A stretch of DNA of 64,000 bases from Utricularia gibba. Lineage: Eukaryota > Plantae > Magnoliophyta. Where the stretch lies: assembly GCA_002189035.1 (NCBI GenBank), contig NEEC01000004.1:4154001-4218000 (forward strand), in the 5' to 3' direction. The position numbers and the translations under genes were made by a program. Below are positions 36,714 through 48,864 of this stretch, one piece after another (positions within the stretch are counted from its first letter, which is position 1; every line of letters begins with the position of its first letter). The notes beneath the pieces were generated by a model. The model had not been told where the DNA came from and did no database searches. It saw only the letters and a list, made by a program, of their open reading frames with translations.

Positions 36714-39700
36714 TAAAGAAATTGTTTAAACGAAAGAGGGTGAAAAAGACAGAAAGCTTCCAACTTTCGACTAAATCCAAGCTGGGTTCTCCAAAAACAG
36801 TTCTTTACACGGAAGGATCCGTCAAGATGACGTTAGCCCACCTAAAGAAAACTGGGAGGAGGAAAAAAGGATGGCATCAACCAAGGGAGCCGGAAGAAAA
36901 GAGGAAAGGCAGTCCACCACCCCAGATGATGGATGGTTAATTTCCTCCTCATTCCAAAGGAGCCTCTTTTTTTGTCTTGCCGACCCGGCTCCGCAAAATT
37001 CTTCTATCTTAAAATCTTCAACAAATTTCTTATAAAAAAATCAATTTTTATTATTTACATTGTATTACCAAATACGAAATATTTGTTGAAAAATCTTAAA
37101 TAAATTAATAATAATGCAAATTCATTGATCACCACAATCTTTGCCTTTAAAATTCTGCTAAAGTCAAAAGCAATAACAAGGTGGAATAATTCAACTCAAG
37201 TCCACTGATTGGGCGAAGGACGACATCTCGTTGAAATAATTCCTCAAAAGTCTACCAACGATTCAATATTTTTTGGATTAACGGGAGACCGTTGGTGCTT
37301 AGGCCTTTGAAATAATTCAACTTTACTGATTTATTTTCAATTTATTCGACTCCAGTAGCTAATTATTGGACTTGTTTTTCAAGATTATTTGTAGCTCACT
37401 TGTGGGTTTATGTATGTCAATTTTGGAGTTCTGAAATAGGTATAAGAGGTAGAAGAAAAAATAAGTGGACAAGAAAATACAATGCATTAGAAAGCAAGTA
37501 TATATTTGTTGATAATTGATTAAAAAGATAAAACCTATATTTATTAGGATTCAGGTTCTATTAACAATTGGAAACTAGTTTGGATTTGGACTTTTAATGC
37601 TATTGGTCTCTATTATTTGTAAAAATTATAAAAATATTTTATATTATTTTATTATTCTTATTATTTAATAATTTAATTTAATTAATTTCACTTTTTTAAA
37701 TAGTGGTAAAATTGGTTTTCATCATTTAAATAATTGACCTCTAATAATTTAGTATTTATTGTTTATATAAATATTTTAACACAGATAATCTCTACTATTT
37801 GAATTGTTTAAAATCTTGAAAAAATTAATCTTATATATGCATAATTTTGGAGTAATATGGGGATTAATTATATCCAATGTGAAAACATTTAAAATATAAT
37901 TTTTAAAAGTTAATTATACTCAATATGTAAATTTTAAGGATTAATTTTGAAGTAAGTATTATTTATATTAAAAGTGAAGATTAATTTTCCTAAAATTTTA
38001 AATATTGAGACTTTTTTAAAGTAATTTCCTTGTTTTCATTTTTCACATTTTTTATGATTTGGGTGATTATATATTATATAATGGATATAAAATTATTTAT
38101 GATAGAGCCAAAGCAGTGGGCCAGGCCCAAATACATAACCTTTCACGTGTGATGTCAAGGATGACCATCAAAAGTTTGTTTGAAAAAGTAATAAAAGAAA
38201 TATTTTAAAAATAATTTTATTTTTTAATAAGAATGATTTTTAATTCAAAAGATGAAAAATTTAGTAAAATGTTTCTTTTTAAAAATTTTTTAAATCTCCA
38301 AGTAAAGAATAAAACCAAACAAATCATATGTTTTATTTAGATCATCTTTACTCATTTCTGAAAAATATTGATGTGGCATTTTTATAAATAAGATAAATGT
38401 TTCCAAAAATGCATTAAAAAATACATTTTTGGAAATAAGTAAACCCCATTTCTTTTCGAAAATAGTTTAAAATATAATTTAGAATTTTTATTTTAATATT
38501 ACGATTTCTAAAAATGAATCATCATTTGGGAAAATTGATGAAAATGCTCTTAATAACGCATTATATTCCTCTCAAACATAACAAATTTCTTAAAAAAATG
38601 AGAAAATTATGCACATAATTTCCTCACGGTTTGCAAAAACGATATAACTAATTTCAATAAACATCGTTTTTAATTAATTTACATTAATGGTATAATTGAT
38701 TCGTAATTTAAAACCTCAAATTTTCCACAATTCAATTTTATTATTATCGATTAACTTGCGATCAATACCCAGCATCGTCGGCAGCATACCACCACCCAGG
38801 TTGTGTGCATCCATTGTCCATGCCCACCACCCATCGCTAGATGGAAGCAATGGTGGTGGGCAATGAGTTGATTAAATTATAAAATAATGAAGATCGAATA
38901 TATATAATTTTTAAATATTAATATTTAAACAATAAATATCAAAAATAAATTGAATTAAAAAAGATTGAAAATTAAACATATGGTTCAAAATATTAAATTA
39001 CATTGGAAATTCGAATGAACTCTATTAACCCATCTAGTAACCTGAATTGAACCCAAATTTCAGACGATTTTTTTTTTCTTTTTTTTTGGGATCTTGGTGG
39101 AAACACACGGAATTTCGTTGGACGTTACCATATCAGATAATAAATGTTTGGGAAGGAACACGAGATGAATGGATTCGGGTAGGGTGTTGGGAGTTCGCGC
39201 GGCGCGACCCCCTGGCCCGCTCAATGACTCACCAACATGCATCGCAAATTACTCTTAACTACTCTTTGCTCTCCCAACAATGCAGCAGCATTGCGTCACT
39301 CCTCCTGTAAGGACTAAAAACCTTCACCCTCTCTCCAATTTCATGAAGATAACCAAATAGCATATATGTATTAAAGCAAATAATTTTATATTAAAAAATT
39401 AAAGTGATACGGTCAAATGTAATCGGTCGTTCGACCTATCGAATTCTGATCTCTAATAAGAAAGGGCATATATAAGTGTGTATCTAGGGGAGATAGAATT
39501 TCGGGTTTATCATTCATAGGTGCGCTGTATTTTCTTTTTTTCTTTTTTACAATAAGCTGGATTTATAGATATTGAATTGGGACTGAATACAACACACATG
39601 CATCAAACAAAGGCGTCAATTTATGAGTTGGCCAACTAACCTTGAATGTGGCAGTACTTTGTCTTTCAAAGTGACCGACCGACCATCCGGGAGGGAGGAG

Positions 39701-41486
39701 CTGAATCTGGAAATCCGCTGTCTCTTTTAGCTTCTGATACCCAACACACAACACACCTTCCAGACGACTGCTTTGGAATCAATGGATCAGTCTCAGCACG
39801 GACTCGGATCGGGCACTTCTGTTAAAATTCAGGATCTGATAAATCGATGTAAACATATATATGAAATCTAAATACATAAGAAATATGAATTACATTAAAA
39901 AAGATTAGATACAATCGATTAATTGTGATCTATAATTTCTTATATATTTGGTTATTCAATTTTCATTTTCCAATGTAATATTATATATTCTAACAACTTC
40001 AAGTGTAGTAGAACAAAGGGTGAGTGATAACATACTCTTTTTAGACAAACTCTACATTAGATATAGATGGGAATGAAGCATTGCTGTATTAGAAATCTGA
40101 TCATCCTATATTTTAGTGTATGATAAAATTGATTATCTTTAATTAAAATTTTTGTTATAGTGCGTGAGAGATATAATGACAATAATCAGTTTTCTAAATG
40201 ATCTAATCAAACATAGAAATCATGGCATTTAGTATCAAAATCAAATCTGATTCAATAACTAATGGTAAAACAAATTTCAATGAGGATGTTCGGTTTTGAA
40301 GAAACGGAAATTGGAAGATATATTGTATAGTAAAATAAATTAAATAAAATAAAAAAGTGTAAGAAGTGAATATTCAACACACAGACACAAAAAGTAACAC
40401 ATGATACTACCCGGGCGGGTGCCACCACAATAAATTCAGGAGCAGTTTTTGGTTCAGTGTTGGGGGTTCCATCAACCACTTCATTTGCGGGTCGGTACCC
40501 ATCAATGCTCAGCTTTTTTCAATGTATTAAAATAAACAATTAAATAAATAAATCAATACTCCGACAGTTGGCATCTCATTCCCAAATATTAATCACACAA
40601 TCAGCATCTCCAAATAATCTAATTATTTACTTTGAAGACTCAAAACCCTAAGAAATGTTAAATAATTATTTAAAGGTCTTTAAAGGAAGCCTGAAAATAC
40701 AGTTGAAAGTTGACAATATCAATGAGCCTCTGAGACGACCCTTTCAAAGACAGATATACCACAACACAGGCAATTAAAAATAAAAAAGAAAAAAAGCTGT
40801 CCATCTGCCCCAAGAACCTTCCTCCAGACACCCATCTGTTTTTCTAATTTTTTTAAATAAAAAATTGTTGCATTAAATTCCATTTATATTTCAAGCAATA
40901 TATGCAGAAAAGTATACGCGGATAGATGATATCCGCTGGAATTTTTTTTTTTTTTTTTTGCAAACAATTTTCACCAGAACTCGTTGGTATGGTTGAAGAT
41001 TTAATTTTTTTTGCATGAGATATGATGAGCAAGCAAACACAAAATGACATTATCATTCATATAATCTCTCTCATACATTAAATTGAAAATTTTACATTAT
41101 AATTTTTTATCGTACATTGAAAAGTAGATTACAACATTTCTAATAGATTGTTTTGGACAGTAGGCTTTTTGTTTTTGTCCCAAAATTTGACACAAAACTT
41201 ACTTTCCATCTTCAAGTTTAGAAGAAAGGTCATTCATTGAGAGATCATTTTGAAATCTAATCATCTTTCATTTCTTTCACATATATTATATACAAAAAAA
41301 TACATACAAGATAAATAGATTTCTTACATAATTAATTCATAGAGGGTATTTCTCAAAATTACCCATCCATTCACATACAATTAGTTATCTCGAGTTTTCC
41401 TTCATATATTGAAAGACACTAATATTTTAAAACTATTATTTTTATCTCACACATTTTTTTTTCATTTTTTTTTGTGGGGTTTGATG

Positions 41487-41496
41487 TATATAAATA
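41487..41496 (+). promoter_or_regulatory. TATA box of the BURP gene
   Basis: TATATAAATA about 90 nt upstream of ATG 41582. Confidence 0.55.
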
Positions 41497-41581
41497 GGGA
41501 GTAAGTCTAGGGATGGGCTTTCAAGCTGGCATAAGCACAAGCCCCTCCACACACCTTCCTTCTTAGAGGTCTGCAGCCAAG

Positions 41582-43004
41582 ATGGAGGAGATGTTCACCT
41601 TGAGGCTCCGCCAGATGCTTCCATTTCTTTGTGTAGGTCACATTGCAACTACACAAATGTTGATCTTTCGATCCGGTTTTACGTTCTTCGTTTCCGAAAA
41701 ATGTTGTTGATTCCTTGTTCGATTTGTTCAGCTTGCGGTTTGGATGGTTGGGAGCCAAGAAGCAGAAGGTGTGTTGTTTGTACCAGGGGAGTATTGGAAG
41801 TCCATCCTCCCTCAAACTCCAATGCCTCAGGCACTCCAAGATTTACTACCCTCAGGTACATTTGGTATTTACTGTTTTAGTAGATTTAATAATTTTTAAT
41901 TATTGAAATTTGTGTATTTTTTAATGATTTAAATGATTTTTTATATAATAATTTATATTATTGCTTTTCTTTTTTTAATTAAGAAAAGTGTTTTTGAAAC
42001 TGGCGTTGTTGGTTGTAGAATGGGAAGAAAGAAAGGACGCTGATGTCACCGTTGGCCACGGCGGTGTCGGAGTTGTCACTGAGAAACCCGGCGGGGGGAC
42101 TGCGGTAGGCGTCGGCCCTAGAGGAGTGGGAGTCTTTAACCGGAGACCTGGAGGCGGTACCGCGGTGGGTGTCGGCCCTGGTGGAGTTGGGGTTATCAAC
42201 CGGAGACCCGGCGGTGGAGCAGTGGTCGGCGTCACACCCGGTGGAGTCGACGTTGGAACTCGCACCAAAACAGGGAGGCCAGTTATCGTACGTGTTCACC
42301 CGGGCTGGAATCCATTTCAGTACTTGTACGCAGCAACAGAAACTCAGCTGAAGCACGATCCCAATGTAGCCCTCTTCTTCTTACAGAAAGATTTGCATCC
42401 GGGCAAAAAGATGAAATTGGATTTCTCCAAGATTTCAAAAGGTCCAGTCTTTTTACCCCGCCGCGTTGCAGATTCAATACCCTTTTCTTTGAACAAGCTG
42501 CCCCAGATTCTGGAGCGGTTTTCGTTGAAACCCAGTTCAGAGGAAGCGAAAACGGTGAAGACTACGATCGAAGAATGTGAGGCTAAACCGATGAAGGGGG
42601 AAGAAAAGTTTTGTGCAACTTCGTTGGAGTCTATGGTTGATTTCAGTGTTTCCAAACTGGGGAGACAATTGAGCGCCATTTCAACAACTGCAGAGGGAGA
42701 ACAGAGGAAACAGTACATTATAACTGATGTGAAGAAGAGAGTAGGCAATGAGGCGGTGGTTTGTCATAGGCAGGAGTATGCATATGCTGTGTTTCTGTGC
42801 CACAGGACATCTACTTCTCTGGTTTATGAGGTTGAGATGATGGCGGTCGACGGATCGAAAGCCGACGCGGTTGCGGTGTGTCACCGTGACACAGCGAAAT
42901 GGAATCCCAAACATCTTGCCTTTCAGGTTCTTAAGGTGCAGCCAGGAAGTGTCCCTGTTTGCCATTTTCTACCTCAAGATCATGTTGTTTGGGTGCCTAA
43001 GTGA
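41582..43004 (+). CDS. RD22: RD22-type BURP domain protein (3 exons)
   Basis: Exons 41582-41632 (MEEMFTLRLRQMLPFLC), 41732-41855 (EYWKSILPQTPMPQALQDLL) and 42019-43004. Gly/Val repeats, then NPFQYLYAATETQLKHDPNVALFF and a BURP domain with four CH dyads (VCH, LCH, VCH, VCH) ending CHFLPQDHVVWVPK. Confidence 0.92.
42084..42263 (+). repeat. Three 60-nt coding repeats in the BURP N-terminal region
   Basis: Units at 42084, 42144 and 42204: KPGGGTAVGVGPRGVGVFNR / RPGGGTAVGVGPGGVGVINR / RPGGGAVVGVTPGGVDVGTR. Confidence 0.9.
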
Positions 43005-43432
43005 CAACACAGTGAGGAAATGCACTAGCTTTCCAGTCTGATCCACCAATCAGGAGGTGTGAATGTTGTTGTCTTACAGTATGTAATAATCTGTGCTTGT
43101 TTTTCTAGTTCACATCTTGTTACTTATTAAGCAGAGTGAAAGCTACAAGACTGGTTGCTATGATTATGTTTCGCTTCAGACATTGTTGCACACAGAATGG
43201 GAGGGAAGTTCTGGTGTAGGCCTCTGGCCGCCATAGAAAAATAAGGAAGAAAATGCAAATGCTGTAAAGAGTCCTTCTTCAAAAAGCAACAGTTTCTTTA
43301 TGCTAAAAAATGACCCGTTACACAACCAACCACACAGAGAAACATGAAACAAAAGAACGACAAACCAAACCATGCACTTTTTATTCGAAACACATCAAAA
43401 GGAAATGTTTAGTTCCTGGGCTCGGTCTGAGC

Positions 43433-43869
43433 TCACGGATGGTGGGGGATCTCCCCAAATTTAGGGAACTTGGGCTTGGGCAATCCCTTGAAAGGGAAAG
43501 GAACTTTGGGGAACTTGAAATGAGGGAATTTCTTGAACAATGACCCATCAGGCTTCTTCACATGAATCTTTGGGAGCCCTTCATGCCTTTGTGCTCAAAC
43601 TTTGGGAACTCAGGAAGCTTTGGATGCTTGAATCCCTTGGGAAAAGGGATTTTGTGCCCAAGCTTCTTCCATGTCTTCTCATCAGAATCTGCTGCAGCTA
43701 AGCAGAGTAAACAACAAAAAGTTAGCTTTCTTAATGCAAAAGAATATAACAATCATCATGCAACGAGAGATAACTTACATGCATCGACATCTCTTGCCAG
43801 AGCTTGGGAAGAGAAGAGGAAGATTGTGGCCAAGACAAAGCATGCAAAGAGAACCAACTTGGAAGCCAT
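43433..43869 (-). CDS. Small secreted Lys/Pro/Phe-rich protein with GRP-type signal exon (about 118 aa after correcting one -1 frameshift)
   Basis: Exon 1 43869-43779 encodes MASKLVLFACFVLATIFLFSSQALARDVDA, then a GTAAGT donor. Exon 2 starts at about 43697: DSDEKTWKKLGHKIPFPKGFKHPKLPEFPKFEHKGMK[G]LPKIHVKKPDGSLFKKFPHFKFPKVPFPFKGLPKPKFPKFGEIPHHP*. One base is missing in the run at 43577-43579. TATA-like CTATAAATA at 43945-43937. Confidence 0.8.
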
Positions 43870-44220
43870 TTCTCTCCTGTTGCTGCAGAGAAGTAACCAA
43901 CCAGTAGTTGATGTTTCAAGCACCAGCCTGTGTTGGTATTTATAGGGCAGCAGATGGAAGAGGGGATTTGTTTGCATAATTAGAGTGAAGAGTTGGTTGG
44001 TTGATCGGGAGAGTATCTTAAAGAACCCACAGTCGGCCTACTTATGGTAATGACACAGAATTATTGAGCCTGCCCATGTATTATGAGCCTAATCTACCTT
44101 CAATAATATACTAGAATTTAAGTTTCTAATCCCTTTTCTAGCTTGCAGATCTGCAGCTAGTTCTGTTTTTTATCCATGTCCATAGGTTGGTAGCCTGTAG
44201 TGGTAGATTCGTATGCATGA

Positions 44221-44306
44221 TTGAAGCTGTTTTTTGTTCTTTACAGTTTTCACAGGAATGGACTACTTGAAACTGTTTTTTGTTCTTTACGGTTTTCACA
44301 GAATGT
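44221..44306. repeat. 46-nt direct tandem duplication, intergenic
   Basis: ttgaa(g/a)ctgttttttgttctttac(a/g)gttttcacag at 44221 and 44267. Confidence 0.8.
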
Positions 44307-44514
44307 ATTACAAAAATGATGCTGCATCCGAAAAAATGACCATCGTATATATAAAAATTTGATCATAATATATGAAAGAAAAAGATCTAATGATCACTTT
44401 TCTCAATGACCCGTTTTCACAGACTTCAGTTGTTTATGAATCCAGCGGCAGCAGATAACCATAAACAGAATCCATGATAACAAAAAAAAAAAGATGGTTA
44501 TATAGAAGATATCA

Positions 44515-46437
44515 TCAGTAGGGAGTAGTATAGTGATAGCCAGGTGCAGGAGGCAATCCCATCCGTTCACCGGTGGGATTCCGTAATGCGGTGCACCGGG
44601 TGGGTAATAGCCGCCGGCGGTGCTGATCCTGGCCAAACTGGCTTGACCCTGCATTCCACCCATTGCGTACTGTTGCCACACCACTTGCTCCTGCACCAGC
44701 AAGTGCTGCTTCTTCTCCATGTCTGCCATCTGCACGTATGAAGGCGGTGGTATGCTCAAGGATGCAGCAAAGGGATCCTGTCCAACAGCCTGAACTGTTC
44801 CATCGGGAGCGGGAGGGCAAGAACCGGAGTTTTGTTTGCTCCAGCACCCGGCAGGACTACACTGCTGGCGCTGCCGCCGCCCAACTGGGTGCTGCCGGCG
44901 TGTTGCTGGATCATACCCTGGTCGTACATGCCATTCAATAGTAATGGGTCGAGCCCGCCACCCATGGTGGCTTTTGTTGGGAAAGATGGCTAGCGGACTC
45001 AACAAGAGCCAGTTCCCAATCAGCTTTTCCAGCCTCAGCAGCGGGGTTCTGCCAGGCAGAAGTCACCTCTGGTTCTCCGTTTGAGTGGAATGCTTCCCAT
45101 GAACCGTTTCCATTGTTAGCTACCGGTCCAGAGAACAACGCCAAGGCGAATTTGTTACCTTGATCATCAGCAGTTACTCCATCTTCTCTCAAATCCACCA
45201 AATCCCTGGTTTCCTGTGGTTTAGCCTTCGGAGTCGGGGGATGAGGCTCGGGTTGGGGAGCAGCAATGTTTTCAGGAGGGGGCAAAGCCTTGATCTCATT
45301 CATATTTTGAGCCTCTGCCTCCTCCGTAGGCGGCGGAGCCTCCACTCGTCTCTCTGGGCTCTTCATGGCCTTAGCTCTGTCCCTAACGAACTCCTCTAAT
45401 GTCTCCAGCAACTGGGCAGCGATCTTCTGCACCTCAGGGTACTCTGACGACCTAGCAACACCGATATCTTTGCACCAATTGTAGAAACCGACTAGTTCAT
45501 CAATTTGCTTTGCAGAGCTAGCATATGCATCATATGTCTTTACACAATCCGGATAATCCATGTCAAAGAACTTGTCCAGAAGCACAGCCAAAACCTCACA
45601 TACATTGGAATAGAGCTGGAAACTCTCCTTCACAATCAGGTATAATGCAACAAGAATCATTCTTTCGTTCTTTGCCATCCCAGTAGGCCGACAAGACAAA
45701 AAACGATCCATCGTTCTCTGCAACTGTGCCATCTTTCCCAGGATCCTATCTGGTTTCATTTCCCTAAGGGGAGTAACATCTTTCCTTTCTTGGGTAGACT
45801 CTCTCACATCACCATAGGATCTTGACCTGCGAACTCCAGAAAAAGGCTCGTCTCGAAATTCATTTCCATCATAATCATACCCCCCGTTGGACCCTTGAGG
45901 CGATCTATAGTTGTTGAACCTATCATCCCTCGCCATATCATTATCGTTTCCAATTCCTCTCTGCTTCCGGTCATGGATGATCATCTCAAGCCTCTGATCC
46001 AAGTACAGTGCATAAGTCCTCACGAAGGAGGAATGATCCCAGGAACTAGAATGAGCTTCATCCCGAAAATCAGATAAATTCAACAGCCTCGTTCCTCTCC
46101 TCGTAGCATACAGAATTTCCTGCTGGAAAACAGCATCCCCCTCGTTGAGCAAGCGATGAATCAGGATCAAGCACTTGAGGGCAACAATCCAATCACGAGT
46201 CTTCCCCAATCTTTTCGACACCGTAAGGACACAAGCACTCACATATCCACGAGACTGCGAGGTTAAATGGAGTATTTCTTTGATATACTTTTCAGAGGCC
46301 GGATCATCATCATGGCTCGTTGCTTTCACTACAGCAACTTCAAGCTCCGGTGCTAAGTTGCCGGCAACTTTCGCGATCCCAATACTGGTTTGATCTTTCA
46401 CAGCCCCAATCGCCTTGCGAATCGTACTTGGCGCCAT
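44515..46437 (-). CDS. ANTH/ENTH clathrin assembly protein (PICALM4-like), single exon, 3 apparent -1 frameshifts
   Basis: MAPSTIRKAIGAVKDQTSIGIAKV, LEVAVVKATSHDDDP, RLGKTRDWIVALKCLILIH, ALYLIVKESFQLY. The C-terminal part is recovered across frames (LSQQ[K]ATMGGGLDPLLLNGMY, PVLAL[P]APDG, DPFAASL, DMEKKQHLLVQEQ) with shifts at about 44972, 44811 and 44563. Confidence 0.92.
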
Positions 46438-47046
46438 AAACTTACCTCGATCTGCCTAGTAGCCCCTACATTAGAAAAAAAAAAAAAACCAGATGCTCAA
46501 TTAACACAAAACCCTACTGCTTGAAACCCCCACAAGCTGAAGTGAAACCATAAGATCCACCAATTAAATCAAACCCAGAAATCGATTCAATCAACACACC
46601 AGCTGATTCAATGGTAGCACGAAACTCGTACGCTTTTCCTGAAAATGAAAACTGTCGGCGGACTAGCAGATCTCACACGCCAGCTAAAGATCTAATAAGA
46701 GAGGAAACGAACTGCAGTCAGCGATCACGCGTGAAGGTCTTACCGGAGAAGAAAAAGACTGTAAAACGGCGTCTCTCTCTAGATTTGAGGACTTCGTGCT
46801 TGAGGAAATCAACGCGGAGCACCGGACGAGAAAAGGCAAAAGGAATCCGAGTTCGAATCAGTCAAACGGGGAAGCTAGTATCAGGGTCGCCATGGCCGTC
46901 GGATCCGTGTTACGAATCTGGTGAAACGAGCTCGTTGCAGGCCTTTATTGGGCTTAGCCCAAAATTCTCACCGGCGGCTGAGGCCCAGTTCTCACTGTTT
47001 CAAAAATGTCTTTCCGGGCGACGGTTTTGGGAAATTGTGAAAGCTT

Positions 47047-48454
47047 ATGCTGGCGCCTACCAAGTTTCAGGAAGTTCTGAAGTTCCATGGAGTAGCTGAA
47101 TTCTTGCGCCATTGTTGTCAGACGAAGAATCTGAGTGCGGTGAAGGAATTTCATGCGAGTGTGTTGAAATCAAGTTTCTTCTCTATTTCCTCCAATCTTC
47201 AGATCAACATCTTGTTTGCCTACGCGCATGCGCCGCGACGGAAGTGTAGGAGTTTTGGCCAGTTTTTTGAGATGCCTCAGCCCTAGAAACCCGATACCTT
47301 TCAACACGATTATTTCTCATTTTTCTAGAAATGGATTCGATCATTTGGGGCTTCAGACTTTATCTTTTATGCACTGTAGCGATGTTCTTGCGGATTCGTA
47401 TTCGTTGTGTAGCGCATTGAATTCAGCTTGTGAATTGAAGGATGTTTTGTTCGGGAAATTGTTGCATGCTTATGTGCTGAAATCGGGATGGATCGCCAGT
47501 GTGTTTGTGGGCAGTGCTTTGGTTGACTTTTACTCGAAAATTAACTGGATGAAAGATGCAGCCATTGCGTTCGATGAAATTCCTGTGAAGAATACAGTAT
47601 GTGTGAATGCTCTCATGTCTGGTTATTCTGAAGCTAAGATGTGGGATCAAGTCATTGAACTGGCTAGAATGATGACTCCGTTGAATTTAGATGTCGACAG
47701 TTTTACATTGTCTTCTGTTTTACGAGCATGCTGTGGTCTCTCAGCTCTAGAATTGTGCAAACAAGTGCATGCGAAAGCTGTGCGCTCTATGGTTTCTGTT
47801 GCAGATGATGTCTTCCTCCAAAGTCTACTCATTGAAGCATATGGAAAGTGCGGAATACTCCAGAATTCAGAGAAAGTTTTCCATCTTTCAACAAAGGGGG
47901 ATCTCATTCTGTGGACATCAATGCTAGTAGTTCATGGTAGAAACGGAAACTACAAAGAAGTTCAGAACCTGTTCAACAGTATGCTACTGGAAGGCATAAA
48001 TCCTGATGGGGTGGCATTCCTGACAGTTCTTTCTGCTTGTAGTTACTCTGGCCAAGTCGATCTCGGCATCCAATATTTCGAATCGATGACAAATGATTAT
48101 AGACTAGTTCCAAGTCAGGAGCATTATAGCTGTGTCATTGACATGCTCTGTCGCACTGGAGACCTAGAAAGAGCATGCGAATTCGTGAGCATGATTCCTA
48201 GCAGCAGGGACGATGATGGCTTCTCTGTAGCTATGTGGGGAGCATTGGTTAATGCCTGCATCGAGAATGGGAATGTACAGTTTGGAAGGATGGCTGCTGA
48301 ACGAGCACTTGAACTGGAGCCGAATAGCGTTGGCATTTATGTCATGCTGTCTAATATGTACGCCAGGAATTCGATGTGGGACGAGATAGGGATATTAAGG
48401 GAACGAATGAAATCTCGAGGACTGAAGAAGGATCTTGGGTGGAGTTGTATATAG
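47047..48454 (+). CDS. PLS-class PPR protein with E domain (no DYW), single exon, one apparent frameshift
   Basis: ORF 47047-47286 joins ORF 47216-48454 across a shift at about 47221-47240. PPR motifs VFVGSALVDFYSK, NTVCVNALMSGY, DLILWTSMLVVHGRNG, PDGVAFLTVLSACSYSG, PSQEHYSCVIDMLCRTG. E domain MWGALVNAC...YVMLSNMYA...MKSRGLKKDLGWSCI*. Confidence 0.9.
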
Positions 48455-48864
48455 ATGACTTCAGCTGCTGCTTCAACCAAATGAAAAACTGTTGGTAGAA
48501 GGAACAAGGGTTGGTCCATCCAGAAAGAAGAAAGGAGGACAGAAATGCTGCAAAAAGCCAGTGAATTCTCAAAAACTCTGAAGCAGTACCATTTATTCCA
48601 ACTGCATTCAAGTTGCAACAATTATGAATCATGAAGAGGCAACCTGATATTTTAGTAGTTCATCACGTAGAAAATATTTCGGTATCTATCTGGCCATTGA
48701 TGGCCAGATGATCATGTCAACAAACGAAATCAAGCACCCCTGGTAGCCAGCCCACGGCATTCGACAAGCACAGAATGTGAAGAAGGCATTGTGAAAAAAA
48801 TATGGTGTTGGAGAGTTTGGATTTTGAAACTATCCAACCACGCCCGTCGCTTCTGCTTACTGAA

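Noticed and set aside
42084-42263. CRISPR-like or fused-burpitide interpretation of the 60-nt repeats
   Set aside because: They are coding repeats without unique spacers, typical of RD22 N-termini, and lack the Trp/Tyr cores of known fused burpitides.
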